A DNA stretch of 64,000 bases from Vicinamibacteria bacterium (lineage in GTDB: Bacteria > Acidobacteriota > Vicinamibacteria > Marinacidobacterales > Marinacidobacteraceae). Position 1 is the first letter of the stretch. Every line of letters starts with the position of its first letter. The notes under the pieces are model-generated. The model saw only the letters and a list, made by a program, of their open reading frames with translations, searched no databases and had not been told where the DNA came from. Positions 26,364 through 37,094 of the stretch are shown here, piece by piece. The DNA lies in contig OZ220470.1 in the NCBI GenBank assembly GCA_965115855.1, forward strand, positions 1,854,318 through 1,918,317, read 5' to 3'. The position numbers and the translations under genes are program-made.

Positions 26364-27476
26364 TTGCCGCTTTCCCATGGCGTCGCATTCCGCGATGCCG
26401 ATCTCGTTTCCGTGTGGGAGAAGGTACTTGCCGGAGAGCGGCTGGACCGCCAGGACGGCATCACACTCCTCGGCACCACCGACCTGCCGGCCCTCGGCCG
26501 CATGGCCGACCACGCCGCACGCGCCCGGAACGGCGACTGGGTGCAGTTCGTGGTCAACCGCCAGATCAACCCCACCAATCTCTGCGTCCTTTCGTGCGTC
26601 TTCTGCGACTTCGCCGCCAAGCCCGGTGACGATCACGCCTACGAACAGAGCATGGAGGAAGTGCTCGCGCAGGTGACGCCGGAACTCTCGGAAGTTCACA
26701 TCGTGGGCGGACTCCACCCGAAATGGAGATTCGACCGCTATCTTGAAATCGTCAGCGAGATCCGACGGAACTTCCCGAGGGTACAGATCAAGGCGTGGAC
26801 CGCCGTGGAGATCGACTGGTTCGCACGGCTGGAACGGACGAGCATCGAGGACATCCTGGTCCGCCTGAAGGAAGCGGGTCTCGACAGCCTCCCCGGCGGC
26901 GGCGCCGAGGTCTTTTCCGACCGGGTGCGGCAGGAGACCTTCCGCACCAAGATCGGCCGCGAGCGCTGGTTCGAAGTGCATCGCACGGCACACCGGCTCG
27001 GCATCATGTCGAACGCAACGCTCCTGTACGGACACATCGAGACCTGGGAGGAGCGGGTGGACCACCTGCTCCAGTTGCGGGAAGCCCAGGACCGGAGCGC
27101 CGCCGAGCCGGCCGGGTTCGCGTCCTTCATTCCGCTTGCCCTGCAGCCGGGAAACACCGGACTCGCCGATCGCCAGGCCTCGGTCCTGGAAGACCTTCGC
27201 ACGGTGGCGTGCGCGCGGCTGCTGCTGGACAACATCCCGCACATCAAGGCCTATTGGGTCATGCTGGGCGAGGATTCGGCAGCCATGGCACTCAACTTCG
27301 GCGCGAGCGACCTGGACGGAACCATCGGCGAGGAACGCATCGCCCATTTCGCCCAGGCCGAGAGCCCGGTCGGGCTGGCCCGGGAACGCCTGGTACGCAT
27401 GATCCGGGATGCTGGCAAGGTACCCGTGGAGCGCGATGCGCTCTACAACATCGTTCGGGTGTGGGAAGCCGCCTGA
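26364..27476 (+). CDS. mqnE: Aminofutalosine synthase (radical SAM)
   Basis: NPTNLCVLSCVFCDF, EVHIVGGLHP, LPGGGAE, IPHIKAYW, DLDGTIGEERI.H. Confidence 0.92.
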   Translation: MPLSHGVAFRDADLVSVWEKVLAGERLDRQDGITLLGTTDLPALGRMADHAARARNGDWVQFVVNRQINPTNLCVLSCVFCDFAAKPGDDHAYEQSMEEVLAQVTPELSEVHIVGGLHPKWRFDRYLEIVSEIRRNFPRVQIKAWTAVEIDWFARLERTSIEDILVRLKEAGLDSLPGGGAEVFSDRVRQETFRTKIGRERWFEVHRTAHRLGIMSNATLLYGHIETWEERVDHLLQLREAQDRSAAEPAGFASFIPLALQPGNTGLADRQASVLEDLRTVACARLLLDNIPHIKAYWVMLGEDSAAMALNFGASDLDGTIGEERIAHFAQAESPVGLARERLVRMIRDAGKVPVERDALYNIVRVWEAA

Positions 27477-27520
27477 GTGCGCTTCCCCGGAACCGCGGGC
27501 CCCTGAAACCGGAGTTGCGC

Positions 27521-28312
27521 ATGCGCCTGCTGGTCGGACAGCTCGCCTACCTGAACACGCTTCCGTTCGAGCCCCTCGCCGGGGTCCGCATCTTCCGCGC
27601 CACCCCATCCGGGATCGGGCAGCTCGCCGCCGCCGGCGAACTGGATGCGGGAGTTCTCTCGGTGGTGGACCTGATGCGGAACGGGGATCGGTACAGTGCA
27701 CTCCTCGACTCCGGATCGGGTTTCGGGATCGCCTGTCGCGAGCGCGCCGGGAGCGTGTTCCTGGTGTCCCGCCGCCCCCCCGCCGAACTTGATGGCGAGA
27801 CCATCGAAATCAGCTCGGAAACGTCGACCGCGGTGCTCCTGCTGCGCCTGTGGCTGGAACGGCGCCTCGGCGTCCGTTCGCTCCGCTACCGGCGCGGAAT
27901 CGTCCGCCGGCACGCCGCCCTGCTGGTGATCGGCGACGCGGCTCTCCGGGAGCGCGAGCGTCCGGACCCCGCGTATCCCCACCGGGTGGATCTCGCCAGC
28001 GCGTGGCGCGAATGGACCGGGTTTCCGTTCGTCTTCGCCGTGTGGAGCGCCCGACGATCCCTGCTGCCGGCGATCCGGCTCGAACTCGCCCGAACGGTGG
28101 AGGACGCCATCACCAGGGGGATCGACCGCATTCCGCAGATCGCCGCCGAAGCCGCCGGAGCCCTCGGTGGGGCTCCCACGATCGCCCGCTATCTTTCCGA
28201 CTTCACCTACCGTCTGGGCGCCGAGGAACACCGGGGTCTCGAGTGCTTTTGCCGGATGCTCCTCGAGCACCGGCTTCTTGCGCCGCCCGGGCCGGCAGCA
28301 CCGACCGCATGA
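27521..28312 (+). CDS. mqnA: Chorismate dehydratase
   Basis: YLNTLPF, SVFL.S, SETST..LLL, LVIGD.AL, DLA..W..WTG.PFVFAVW. Confidence 0.9.
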   Translation: MRLLVGQLAYLNTLPFEPLAGVRIFRATPSGIGQLAAAGELDAGVLSVVDLMRNGDRYSALLDSGSGFGIACRERAGSVFLVSRRPPAELDGETIEISSETSTAVLLLRLWLERRLGVRSLRYRRGIVRRHAALLVIGDAALRERERPDPAYPHRVDLASAWREWTGFPFVFAVWSARRSLLPAIRLELARTVEDAITRGIDRIPQIAAEAAGALGGAPTIARYLSDFTYRLGAEEHRGLECFCRMLLEHRLLAPPGPAAPTA

Positions 28313-29400
28313 TGAAGAGCGCGCTTGACGAAGCGATTCGGGAGAAGGTCGAGGCCCGGGAACGCCTTGACGCCACCGAAGCGCAGTGGTTGCTCGAAGG
28401 CGCCGACCTGCTCACGGTGGGCGAACTCGCCAACCGGGACCGGTTCCGCCGCCACCCCGAGCCCGAAGTCACCTTCGTGGTGGACACCAACCCGAACTAC
28501 ACGAATGTCTGCGAAGTGGACTGCACCTTCTGCGCCTTTTACCGCCCCCCCGGTCATGATGAGGCATACACCCGTTCGGTGCCGGAAATGCTGGACCGCA
28601 TCGGGCTGGCGGTGGAAAAGGGCGCCACCACGGTCCTGTTGCAGGGCGGAGTGAACGAATCGCTCCCGTTCGACTACTACCTCGACCTGGTGCGCAGAAC
28701 GAAGGAGAGGTTCCCGGAAGTCACACCCCATTTCTGGTCGGCCGTCGAGATCGAAGGGATGGCGAAGGTCAGCGGCCTTTCGATCCGGGAAGTCCTTCGC
28801 CAATTGAAGGACGCCGGCCAGGACACCCTGCCGGGAGGCGGGGCGGAGATCCTCGCCGACCGCGTGCGGCGCAGTATCTCGCACAAGAAGGGCGGCGCGG
28901 CCGCGTGGCTGGATGTGCACCGGGAAGCGCACGCCCTCGGCTGGCGCAGCACCGCGACCATGATGTACGGCCACGTGGAAACCCGCGCCGACATCGTGGA
29001 GCACCTCATGAACATCCGGGCGCTTCAGGACGAGTACGGCGGCTTCACCGCCTTCGTACCCTGGAGCTTCAAGCCGGGAAACACCCCGCTGGTGCGCAAG
29101 ATCCCTTACTACGCCGGGCCGAACGACTATCTCCGCATTCTCGCCGCTTCCCGTCTGGTCCTCGACAACTTCGATCACATCCAGGCCTCGTGGTTCAGCG
29201 AGGGAAAGAAAGCCGGCCAGGTCGGCCTGCATTGGGGCGCCGACGATTTCGGCGGCACCCTGCTCGAGGAGAATGTCCACGCCTGCACCGGCTTCGTGAA
29301 TCGGACCAGCTTCGACGAAGTCCGCATCCTGATTCGGGAGGCCGGTTTTCAGCCGGTGCAACGCGACACCCGGTACCGCATCCTCCGCCGTTTCGACTGA
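28309..29400 (+). CDS. mqnC: Cyclic dehypoxanthinyl futalosine synthase (radical SAM)
   Basis: DTNPNYTNVC..DC.FCAFY, LLQGG, PGGGAEIL, NFDHIQASW, GADDFGGTLLEENV. Confidence 0.94.
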   Translation: MMKSALDEAIREKVEARERLDATEAQWLLEGADLLTVGELANRDRFRRHPEPEVTFVVDTNPNYTNVCEVDCTFCAFYRPPGHDEAYTRSVPEMLDRIGLAVEKGATTVLLQGGVNESLPFDYYLDLVRRTKERFPEVTPHFWSAVEIEGMAKVSGLSIREVLRQLKDAGQDTLPGGGAEILADRVRRSISHKKGGAAAWLDVHREAHALGWRSTATMMYGHVETRADIVEHLMNIRALQDEYGGFTAFVPWSFKPGNTPLVRKIPYYAGPNDYLRILAASRLVLDNFDHIQASWFSEGKKAGQVGLHWGADDFGGTLLEENVHACTGFVNRTSFDEVRILIREAGFQPVQRDTRYRILRRFD

Positions 29401-29522
29401 AGGGAGCAGGGAGCGAACCAGGTGGACTCCGACCAGGGTCCGAAACGCACGGGCGGCCCGTGCCGCCGTCACCACCGAACCCCGCGCCTCCACCCCCCTG
29501 ACCGGCGCCGGAGGGGTCCGCG

Positions 29523-30782
29523 ATGATCTGGACGGCCGCTGCGGTACTCGTCGCCATCACCCTCTTGTCGGGGTTCTTCTCCGGGTCGGAGACGGCCCTC
29601 ACCGCCGCCCGCTGGCATCGCCTCCGGGCGATGGGAGGCAGCCGGGCGCGCGCCGAAGCGGTCCGCCGGGTCACCGAGCGCCCGGAGCGGTTCCTTGCGT
29701 CCATCCTGATCGGCAACGTTTTCGTGAACACGCTCGCCGGCGTCCTGATGACCACCGCGCTGGCGATGGGCGCCACCTCGGCCGAGAGCCGGGTCCGGGC
29801 GGCCACCATCGCCACCGGGGCAACCACCGTCGTGCTGCTGATCTTCGGGGAAATGGTCCCCAAGTCCATTGCGGCCCGCCACCCGGAGGCCTGGGCGCTG
29901 GCGGTGATCCGTCCGATCCGGCTCGTCTTCCGGGCACTGGGTCCGATCTCCCGGGGCCTCGAATGGGTGGCGGCCCAGGTGCTGCGGCTGTTCGGGTTCC
30001 GGCAGCAACACGGCCAGGGACGCCTCACCACCGCCGAACTGCGAGCGATGGTGGAAGCGAGCGACACCGACCGGGAGGCCGAACTCCTCGCGCAACTGGT
30101 CCAGGTCACCGGACGGCGCCTCACCGAAGTAATGACCCCCCGAAGGGACATCGCCGCGCTTCCGGTGGGCGCCGGCCCGGTCGAGGCCATCCAGCTCTTC
30201 AGGGACCGCCACCATTCGCGGCTGCCGGTGTTCCAAGGAAGTCTCGACAACATCCTGGGAATTCTGCACGTCCACGACATCTTGGAAGCCGCCGCCTCCG
30301 GCGCACCGCTGCGCATCGAGCGGAGCATCCGCCCGCCCCGTTATGTACCGGGCGCCGCCACCCTGGACCAGGCGCTGTCGATGATGCGGGAATCAGGAAG
30401 CCGCATGCTTATCGTGGTGGACGAGCACGGCGGAGTGGAGGGCCTGATCACGCTCCGCAAGCTGCTCGAAATCGTCGGTGCTCCCGATCCCGATGCGCTC
30501 CGCCGCCACCCGGACGGCAGTCTGAGCCTCAGCGGCGCACTCCCGGTGGGGGAGGCCAATCGACTCCTCGGGCTGGAGGGCGTGGACTGGGCCCTTCCGC
30601 TCCATGACGACTACGACACGGTGGCCGGGTACGCGCTCAAGCAGTTCGGCCGCATCCCGGGTCCCGGCGACACGACCAGGGACCGCGGCGCCCGGATCGC
30701 CGTCGACAGTCTCGACCACAACCGCATTTCCCGAATCCGGATCGTGCTGCCGCCGATCGATCCCGATGGGCCGACTACCTGA
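29523..30782 (+). CDS. CNNM/CorB-like hemolysin family protein (DUF21-CBS-CorC_HlyC)
   Basis: SGFFSGSE.AL, ILIGN, FGEMVPKS, VMTPR, HSRLPV, IVVDEHGG, YDTVAG. Confidence 0.92.
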   Translation: MIWTAAAVLVAITLLSGFFSGSETALTAARWHRLRAMGGSRARAEAVRRVTERPERFLASILIGNVFVNTLAGVLMTTALAMGATSAESRVRAATIATGATTVVLLIFGEMVPKSIAARHPEAWALAVIRPIRLVFRALGPISRGLEWVAAQVLRLFGFRQQHGQGRLTTAELRAMVEASDTDREAELLAQLVQVTGRRLTEVMTPRRDIAALPVGAGPVEAIQLFRDRHHSRLPVFQGSLDNILGILHVHDILEAAASGAPLRIERSIRPPRYVPGAATLDQALSMMRESGSRMLIVVDEHGGVEGLITLRKLLEIVGAPDPDALRRHPDGSLSLSGALPVGEANRLLGLEGVDWALPLHDDYDTVAGYALKQFGRIPGPGDTTRDRGARIAVDSLDHNRISRIRIVLPPIDPDGPTT

Positions 30783-31827
30783 TCCCGCGGCGCGCTCCCG
30801 CAGGATCCTCCGCGCCGCGATCCGGCGCGGGTTGTCCCGCCTTTCCGGGTGCGACGGCGCCACCCGCATCGGAATCGGGCTTTCGGGCGGACTGGACTCG
30901 ACGGTGCTGACGCGACTGCTGGCGGAAGCGAACCCGCGACCGCAGCTCGTCGCCCTGCATCTGGATCACGCGCTCCGACCCGATGCGACCGAACAGGCCC
31001 GGTTCGCCGGGACGGTGGCGTCGGGGATCGGAATCCCGTTCGTGCAGGAGCGGGAGGACGTCGCCGCCCGGGCCCGAAGGACGGGGCGCCCGGTCGAGGA
31101 GGCGGGGCGCCGGGCCCGGCTCGACTTCTTCGGGCGGGCGGCGGCGGAGCGCCGACTGGCGGCCGTCGCGGTTGCCCACACCCGGTCCGACCAGGCCGAG
31201 ACCCTGGTGCTCCAGCTGGCTCGGGGGGCGGGCGGGCTCGGCCTTGCGGCGATGCCGGAAATACGGACGGACTCGCGGGGCTTCCGGCTCTGGAGGCCGC
31301 TGCTCGAAGCGTCCCGTTCGGACCTGACGGAGATTGCCGCCGCGGAAGGCTGGGACTTCTTCCCCGATCCGTCGAACCGCGACCCCCGATTCACCCGCAA
31401 CCGGGTGCGGGAGCGGGTACTGCCACAGCTGGCCGAGGAACTGAATCCGCAGATCGAACGCGCCCTGGCGCGCACCGCCACCCTGCTGCGCGACGACGAG
31501 GAGTGGCTTCAGGACACGGCGAAGACGCATTTCCGGGAACTGGCGGACGACACGCGACCCGGTGAGGTGCGCCTGCCGGTTCCGGCGGTCGCCCGATTGC
31601 CCCCGGCTCTCGCCCGGCGGGTCTTGCGGGAAACCCTTCAGGCGGTGCGGGGACATCTCCGGCGCATCGGCCTCGTTCACATCGAGGCGGTCCGGCGCCT
31701 GCTCCGACAACCGCAGCGGGGCGCCTCGCTTGATCTCCCCGGGGTCCTGGTCCGTATCGAGGACCGGTCCCTGGTGGTGGAGGGCCGGGCGCCGGAAGAC
31801 GGTGGCGCCCGGTATAATCGAGCATGA
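30766..31827 (+). CDS. tilS: tRNA(Ile)-lysidine synthetase (short form)
   Basis: [32 protein letters not shown]...FTRNRVR. Confidence 0.92.
   Translation: MGRLPDPAARSRRILRAAIRRGLSRLSGCDGATRIGIGLSGGLDSTVLTRLLAEANPRPQLVALHLDHALRPDATEQARFAGTVASGIGIPFVQEREDVAARARRTGRPVEEAGRRARLDFFGRAAAERRLAAVAVAHTRSDQAETLVLQLARGAGGLGLAAMPEIRTDSRGFRLWRPLLEASRSDLTEIAAAEGWDFFPDPSNRDPRFTRNRVRERVLPQLAEELNPQIERALARTATLLRDDEEWLQDTAKTHFRELADDTRPGEVRLPVPAVARLPPALARRVLRETLQAVRGHLRRIGLVHIEAVRRLLRQPQRGASLDLPGVLVRIEDRSLVVEGRAPEDGGARYNRA
31813..31818 (+). promoter_or_regulatory. Possible -10 (TATAAT) for ftsH, inside the tilS 3' end
   Basis: Perfect hexamer ~70 nt before the ftsH start; no clear -35. Confidence 0.4.
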
Positions 31828-31888
31828 CAGTTCGGCTTACAGTTCCCCTGGGCATGCTCATTTTTCCGAGGGGCGGGAAGGACGCGGC

Positions 31889-33805
31889 TTGAGTTCCACC
31901 AACAGGAATCTCCTCTTCTGGCTGGTGGCCTCCCTGGTCCTGATCCTGTTCTGGAACCTCTCCGGACGAATCGCCGAGGACGAGAGCGACCTCTCGTTCA
32001 CCCAGTTCATGCAGCAGGTCCAGGAGGACCGGGTAGCCGAAGTCAACATCACCGGCACCGGCGCCGGCAGCGAAATCACCGGCACCGGAGTGGATGGGAA
32101 GACGTTCCGGACGTTCGCCCCCGAAATGGAGGGGCTGGTGGCACAGCTCCTCGAGCGCGGCATCAATGTGGAAGCCGATGACGCAACCCGTTCCTCGTGG
32201 GTCCTGACGCTGCTCGGGTGGATCCCGATCCTGCTGATCGTCGGGCTTTTCTTTTTCCTGATCCGGCAGATGCAGGCCCCCGGCAACCGGGCCATGTCGT
32301 TCGGCCGGAGCCGGGCGAAACTCAGCTCCAACCAGCCGAAGAAGGTCACCTTCAAGGACGTGGCCGGAGTGGACGAAGCCAAGGAGGAGCTCCAGGAAAT
32401 CATCGACTTTCTCCGCGAACCGCAGAAGTTCCAACGGCTCGGCGGGCGTATCCCCAAGGGGGTGCTGCTCATGGGTCCACCGGGCACCGGGAAGACGCTG
32501 CTGGCGCGGGCCATCGCCGGAGAAGCCAACGTCCCGTTCTTCACCATCAGCGGCTCCGACTTCGTGGAGATGTTCGTGGGCGTCGGCGCGAGCCGTGTCC
32601 GCGATCTCTTCGAACAGGGAAAGAAGAACGCTCCCTGCATCGTGTTCATCGACGAAATCGACGCAGTGGGACGCCAGCGGGGCGCGGGCCTCGGCGGCGG
32701 GCACGACGAACGGGAGCAGACCCTGAACCAGTTGCTCGTGGAGATGGACGGTTTCGAGTCCAGCGAGGGAGTCATCCTGGTGGCTTCGACCAACCGTCCG
32801 GATGTCCTCGATCCGGCGCTGTTGCGGCCCGGTCGTTTCGACCGGCGGGTGGTGGTGGCCCTTCCCGACATCCGCGGCCGGGAGGGGGTGCTGAAGGTCC
32901 ACACCCGAAAGATCCCCTTCGAGAAGGATGTGGATCTCAGGCTCCTCGCGCGCGGGACGCCGGGTTTTTCAGGCGCCGATCTTGCCAACCTGGTCAACGA
33001 GGCCGCCCTGAACGCCGCCCGCTTCACGCAGAAGACTGTCCGGATGTCCGACTTCGAAAAAGCCAAGGACAAGGTCATGATGGGCGCCGAACGCCGGTCG
33101 GTCCTCATGAGTCCCGAGGAGAAGCGGACCACGGCGTACCACGAGGCGGGCCACGCGGTGATCGCTGCACTCCTCGACAAGGCGGACCCGCTCCACAAGG
33201 TGAGCATCATTCCGCGCGGCATGGCGATGGGTGTCACCATGCTGCTGCCGGAAAATGATCGGCATACCCAGGATCGCGAGTACGTGGAGGCCATGATCAC
33301 CGTCAAGATGGGCGGCCGCCTCGCCGAGGAGATCTTTCTCGACCAGGTGACCACCGGCGCCTCCGACGACATCCGGCGCGCAACCGACCTGGCGCGGCGC
33401 ATGGTCTGCGAGTGGGGCATGAGCGAGACCCTGGGTCCGCTCACCTTCGACAACGGTGGCGGGGAGGTCTTTCTTGGCCGGGATCTGGCGTCGCGCAAGG
33501 ACTACAGCGAGAGCACCGCCAGGACCATCGACGCCGAGGTGCGCCGCATCGTGGATGAGGCCTACCAGCGCGGGCGCCAGCTGCTGCTGGAAAACCGGGA
33601 ACGACTGGGAGCCGTGGCGGAGGCCCTCCTGGAACGCGAGGTGCTGGACTCGTCGGAGGTGCAGATCGTGCTCGACGGCGGCGCCCTCCCCGACATCGTC
33701 CCCACCCCGGCGAGTGAATCGGACGTCTCCGCGGACGAATCCGACAAGGTGGCGTCCGCTCCCCTCGCCGCCCCGCTTGCCCCGCAGCCCGGGGGAGCGA
33801 CCTGA
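31889..33805 (+). CDS. ftsH: ATP-dependent zinc metalloprotease
   Basis: Two TMs, [27 protein letters not shown]; TTG start after GGAAGG. Confidence 0.98.
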   Translation: MSSTNRNLLFWLVASLVLILFWNLSGRIAEDESDLSFTQFMQQVQEDRVAEVNITGTGAGSEITGTGVDGKTFRTFAPEMEGLVAQLLERGINVEADDATRSSWVLTLLGWIPILLIVGLFFFLIRQMQAPGNRAMSFGRSRAKLSSNQPKKVTFKDVAGVDEAKEELQEIIDFLREPQKFQRLGGRIPKGVLLMGPPGTGKTLLARAIAGEANVPFFTISGSDFVEMFVGVGASRVRDLFEQGKKNAPCIVFIDEIDAVGRQRGAGLGGGHDEREQTLNQLLVEMDGFESSEGVILVASTNRPDVLDPALLRPGRFDRRVVVALPDIRGREGVLKVHTRKIPFEKDVDLRLLARGTPGFSGADLANLVNEAALNAARFTQKTVRMSDFEKAKDKVMMGAERRSVLMSPEEKRTTAYHEAGHAVIAALLDKADPLHKVSIIPRGMAMGVTMLLPENDRHTQDREYVEAMITVKMGGRLAEEIFLDQVTTGASDDIRRATDLARRMVCEWGMSETLGPLTFDNGGGEVFLGRDLASRKDYSESTARTIDAEVRRIVDEAYQRGRQLLLENRERLGAVAEALLEREVLDSSEVQIVLDGGALPDIVPTPASESDVSADESDKVASAPLAAPLAPQPGGAT

Positions 33806-33842
33806 CGGAGGGCGGACCGGAACCGCCTGACCCCCGACCGGC

Positions 33843-34700
33843 GTGAGCGACACCTTCAGTCAATTCGTCGGCACGCTGATCGAGCGCATGTCGCTCGCCG
33901 ATCTGGTGGACATCCTGCTGGTCGCCGGAGCCATTCACATCCTGCTGAAGCTGATCGAAGGGCGGCGCGCGTCGCAGATGGCCTTCGGCACGCTGATCGT
34001 GGGCGGCGTTCTGGTCCTGACCGGCTCCAGCCAGCTGGGGCTGACCACCGTCCAGTGGATCGTCCGCAACACGCTGCCGTATCTCGGTATCGCAATCATC
34101 GTCCTCTACCAGGCGGAAATTCGCCGGGGACTTGCCCATCTCGGAGGCGGCGGCGTCTACTTCGGCTCGCGCCGGAGCGCTCTTCATACGGAGAGCCGAA
34201 CCCTCGGCATCCTGGCGGATACCGCCACCCGCCTTTCGCGGCTGCGGCTGGGGGGGATCATCGTCTGGCAGGGCAAGATCGGCCTCGGGAGCTACCAGGA
34301 CACCGGGCACTCGCTCGACGCCGCCCTGAGTTCCGATCTCCTGCTCTCGGTGTTCCAGCCGGGGTCGCCGCTTCACGACGGGGCCGCCATCGTGGCCGGA
34401 AATCGCATCGTGGCGGCTCGGTGCCTGCTGCCGATCACCGGCCAGGCGGCGGAGGAAGCCGAAGTCGGCGGAACGCGACATCGCGCCGCGCTGGGGCTGA
34501 CCGAGGAGACCGATGCCACGGTGCTCGTGGTCTCCGAGGAAACCGGACGGGCCAGCGTCGTCTCCGACGGGCGGATCTATCCGGTGACCGACCGCGCCGA
34601 CCTGATGACGACACTCGCGCGCTTCCGTCCAGCCGCCCGCGTCTCCGATGAACCGGGGACCATCGGACGATCGGCGCCCTACGGGGAAGCCACCCGATGA
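33843..34700 (+). CDS. cdaA: Diadenylate cyclase
   Basis: Three N-terminal TMs, PLHDGA, GTRHRAALG, VVSEETG. Confidence 0.95.
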   Translation: MSDTFSQFVGTLIERMSLADLVDILLVAGAIHILLKLIEGRRASQMAFGTLIVGGVLVLTGSSQLGLTTVQWIVRNTLPYLGIAIIVLYQAEIRRGLAHLGGGGVYFGSRRSALHTESRTLGILADTATRLSRLRLGGIIVWQGKIGLGSYQDTGHSLDAALSSDLLLSVFQPGSPLHDGAAIVAGNRIVAARCLLPITGQAAEEAEVGGTRHRAALGLTEETDATVLVVSEETGRASVVSDGRIYPVTDRADLMTTLARFRPAARVSDEPGTIGRSAPYGEATR

Positions 34701-35683
34701 ACGCCATCCGTCGTCCGCGGATGCGGGTCCGATCCGGGGAACTGGGTCGGGCCGTGATCTCGCTCACCCTCGCCTTCGGACTCTGGTTCGTGGTGGGAGA
34801 CGAGAACGACGCCGAGATCCTCGCGGGAGTCCCGCTCGAACTTCGGAACCTCCCGCCGGGGCTCGAAGTCGTGGACCAGTCGGTGAACGAAGTGGCGGTT
34901 CGTCTGCGCGGCTCCTCGCGGCTGCTGCGGGAAGTGCCGCTGCCGGAGTTGCGCGCGTTCGTGAACCTGGCCGGCGAGACCCCCGGAGAACGGACCTGGT
35001 ACCTCTCTGCCGAGGCGGTGGAGGCGCCCGCCGGGGTCCAGGTGATGCGCGTGGAACCCTCCACGCTCCGGCTCCGGCTCGACCGGACGGTGACCCGGAG
35101 TGTCCTGGTGAGTCCCCGCGTGCTGGGGGAACCCGCCTCCGATTTCGAGATCTACTCGATCCAGATCGAGCCCCGCGAACTGTCGATCGAGGGACCGGAG
35201 TCCCTCCTCCGCGACCTCCAGCAGGTCACCACCGAGCCGATCTCGGCGGATGGGCTCCGGGAGAGCTACACGCGGCGGCTGGGAGTGGAGGTGGATCCGG
35301 CGCTGCGCCCGAGCGTGCGCCGCGTGGAACTGGAACTGCGGATCGGAGCGGAACGGGAAGCCATGGAATTCGAGATCGCCGTCCGGCGCGACCCCTTGGA
35401 GGCAAACGACCCGGTAGGCTGCGAGCTGGCGCCGGAGTCGATCCGGGCCGTGGTCCGGGTTCCGCCGGAACTCGTTGCGCGGGTCTCCCCGGAGACACTC
35501 TTTGCCGAGGTGTCCTGCTCCGGGCTCCCGCCGGGAGAACACGAACGGGTGCCGGAACTCGCCTACCCGGACGGCCCGGACGCAGCCATCCAGGTGACCT
35601 CCTTCGAGCCGGAACAGGTCGACGTCCGCGTGGGGCAACCTGGCATCGACCGGAACGAGACCCCGGCATGGGACGATCCGTGA
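34697..35683 (+). CDS. cdaR: YbbR/CdaR-like regulator
   Basis: N-terminal TM then repeated YbbR-like beta domains; overlaps the cdaA stop. Confidence 0.82.
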   Translation: MNAIRRPRMRVRSGELGRAVISLTLAFGLWFVVGDENDAEILAGVPLELRNLPPGLEVVDQSVNEVAVRLRGSSRLLREVPLPELRAFVNLAGETPGERTWYLSAEAVEAPAGVQVMRVEPSTLRLRLDRTVTRSVLVSPRVLGEPASDFEIYSIQIEPRELSIEGPESLLRDLQQVTTEPISADGLRESYTRRLGVEVDPALRPSVRRVELELRIGAEREAMEFEIAVRRDPLEANDPVGCELAPESIRAVVRVPPELVARVSPETLFAEVSCSGLPPGEHERVPELAYPDGPDAAIQVTSFEPEQVDVRVGQPGIDRNETPAWDDP

Positions 35684-36351
35684 TGCCCGGAGCGAAGACG
35701 CCCGGAAAGCGTTCCCTTCTCCGCGAATCACTCGATATCTTCGAATCGCTCTGTGTTGCGGTCATCCTCGCGCTCTTCATCCGCACCTTCGTCTTTCAGA
35801 ACTTCGTGATCCCGACCGGTTCGATGGAGGAAAGCCTGCTGATCGGGGACCACCTGATGGTGAACAAGATGCGGTACCACGAGACCGACATCCCGTTCCT
35901 CCCCACCGGAGACATCGAGCGGGGCGACGTGGTCGTATTCAAGTTCCCCGAGGAACCCGAACGCGATTTCATCAAGCGGGTGATCGGGCTGCCCGGGGAG
36001 ACGGTCACGGTCGGGCCGCGCGAGGTCTTCATCGACGGCAGGCCGCTTGCCGAGGACTACACCCAATTCCTTTATGGCGGAGGGCGCGGCCGGCGGGACT
36101 ACCGGGTGCCCGAGGACCACTACTTCGTCATGGGAGACAGCCGGGACAACAGCCACGACAGCCGTTTCTGGGGTTCGCTGCCGCGCCGGCACATCAAGGG
36201 CAAGGCCCTCTTCATCTACTGGTCCTACCAGGGGTCACGCGAGGAGTACATGGAAACCGACCTCTCCCGGAGGGCCCTGAACCTGCTCCTGGTGCCGTTC
36301 CGGTTCCTGCAGCGCACTCGCTGGGACCGGTTCCTCGACACCGCGAGCTGA
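35683..36351 (+). CDS. lepB: Signal peptidase I
   Basis: IPTGSMEE.LLIGD, RGDVVVF, FIKRVIGLPGE, MGDSRDNSHDSRFWG. Confidence 0.96.
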   Translation: MPGAKTPGKRSLLRESLDIFESLCVAVILALFIRTFVFQNFVIPTGSMEESLLIGDHLMVNKMRYHETDIPFLPTGDIERGDVVVFKFPEEPERDFIKRVIGLPGETVTVGPREVFIDGRPLAEDYTQFLYGGGRGRRDYRVPEDHYFVMGDSRDNSHDSRFWGSLPRRHIKGKALFIYWSYQGSREEYMETDLSRRALNLLLVPFRFLQRTRWDRFLDTAS

Positions 36352-36392
36352 CCCTCGGCGGCCGGCCTCCGTCGCCGGAACGCCGCGCCGGG

Positions 36393-37094
36393 TCATCCGA
36401 TACCGGTCGCTCGGGGGCCGAAGATCGCGGTCCCCACCCGAACCATGGTGGATCCCTCCTCGATCGCCTGCTCGAAATCGTGGCTCATCCCCATGGAGAG
36501 TTCGGGGTGATCCGGGAGCAGGCCGCTTGCCGCCAATCGCTCGCCGAGGACCCGGAGGCGGGCGAACCACGGCCGCGTTCCTTCCGGGTCGGCGTGGTAC
36601 GGCGGAAGGATCATCAGACCCCGAACGCGGAGGAACGCCAATCCGGCCATCGCTTCGAGCACATCCGGCAGTTCCGCCTCCGGGATGCCGAATTTCCCGG
36701 CTTCGCCCGCGAGATCCGCCTGGGCAAGGACCGGCAACGGCTTTTCGCGCACCGCGGAGGCGATCCGGTTCAGCCTTTCGGCAAGTCTCCGGCTGTCCAC
36801 CGACTGGATCATCGGAAACAGGTCCACCGCCGCCCTCGCCTTGTTGCCCTGGAGATGACCGATCAGATGGGCCGTGATCCCCGCCTGGATCCGGGGCAGC
36901 TTGCCGGCCGCCTCCTGGACCCGGTTTTCGCCGAAGTGGCGGAGGCCGAGGCGGGCGGCCGCTTCGATATCCCCGGCGGGACGGGTCTTCGAAACCGCCA
37001 TCAGCGTCACCTCCGCAGGGGAGCGACCGGTCCTCCCGGCGGCCCGGTCGATGCGCTCCCGGACCGCGTCGATGCGGGACCGCAGGCCCGTCAC
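36393..37094 (-). CDS. yggS: PLP homeostasis protein (YggS/PLPBP)
   Basis: LMAVSKT, FGENRVQE, HLIGHLQ.NK, GLM.LPP, LSMGMS.DFE.AIEEGST.VRVGT.IFG. Confidence 0.95.
   Translation of the reverse strand: MTGLRSRIDAVRERIDRAAGRTGRSPAEVTLMAVSKTRPAGDIEAAARLGLRHFGENRVQEAAGKLPRIQAGITAHLIGHLQGNKARAAVDLFPMIQSVDSRRLAERLNRIASAVREKPLPVLAQADLAGEAGKFGIPEAELPDVLEAMAGLAFLRVRGLMILPPYHADPEGTRPWFARLRVLGERLAASGLLPDHPELSMGMSHDFEQAIEEGSTMVRVGTAIFGPRATGIG

Noticed and set aside
24847-29400. Futalosine operon lacking mqnB and mqnD
   Set aside because: These genes are often located elsewhere; this is not unusual within a 64-kb window.
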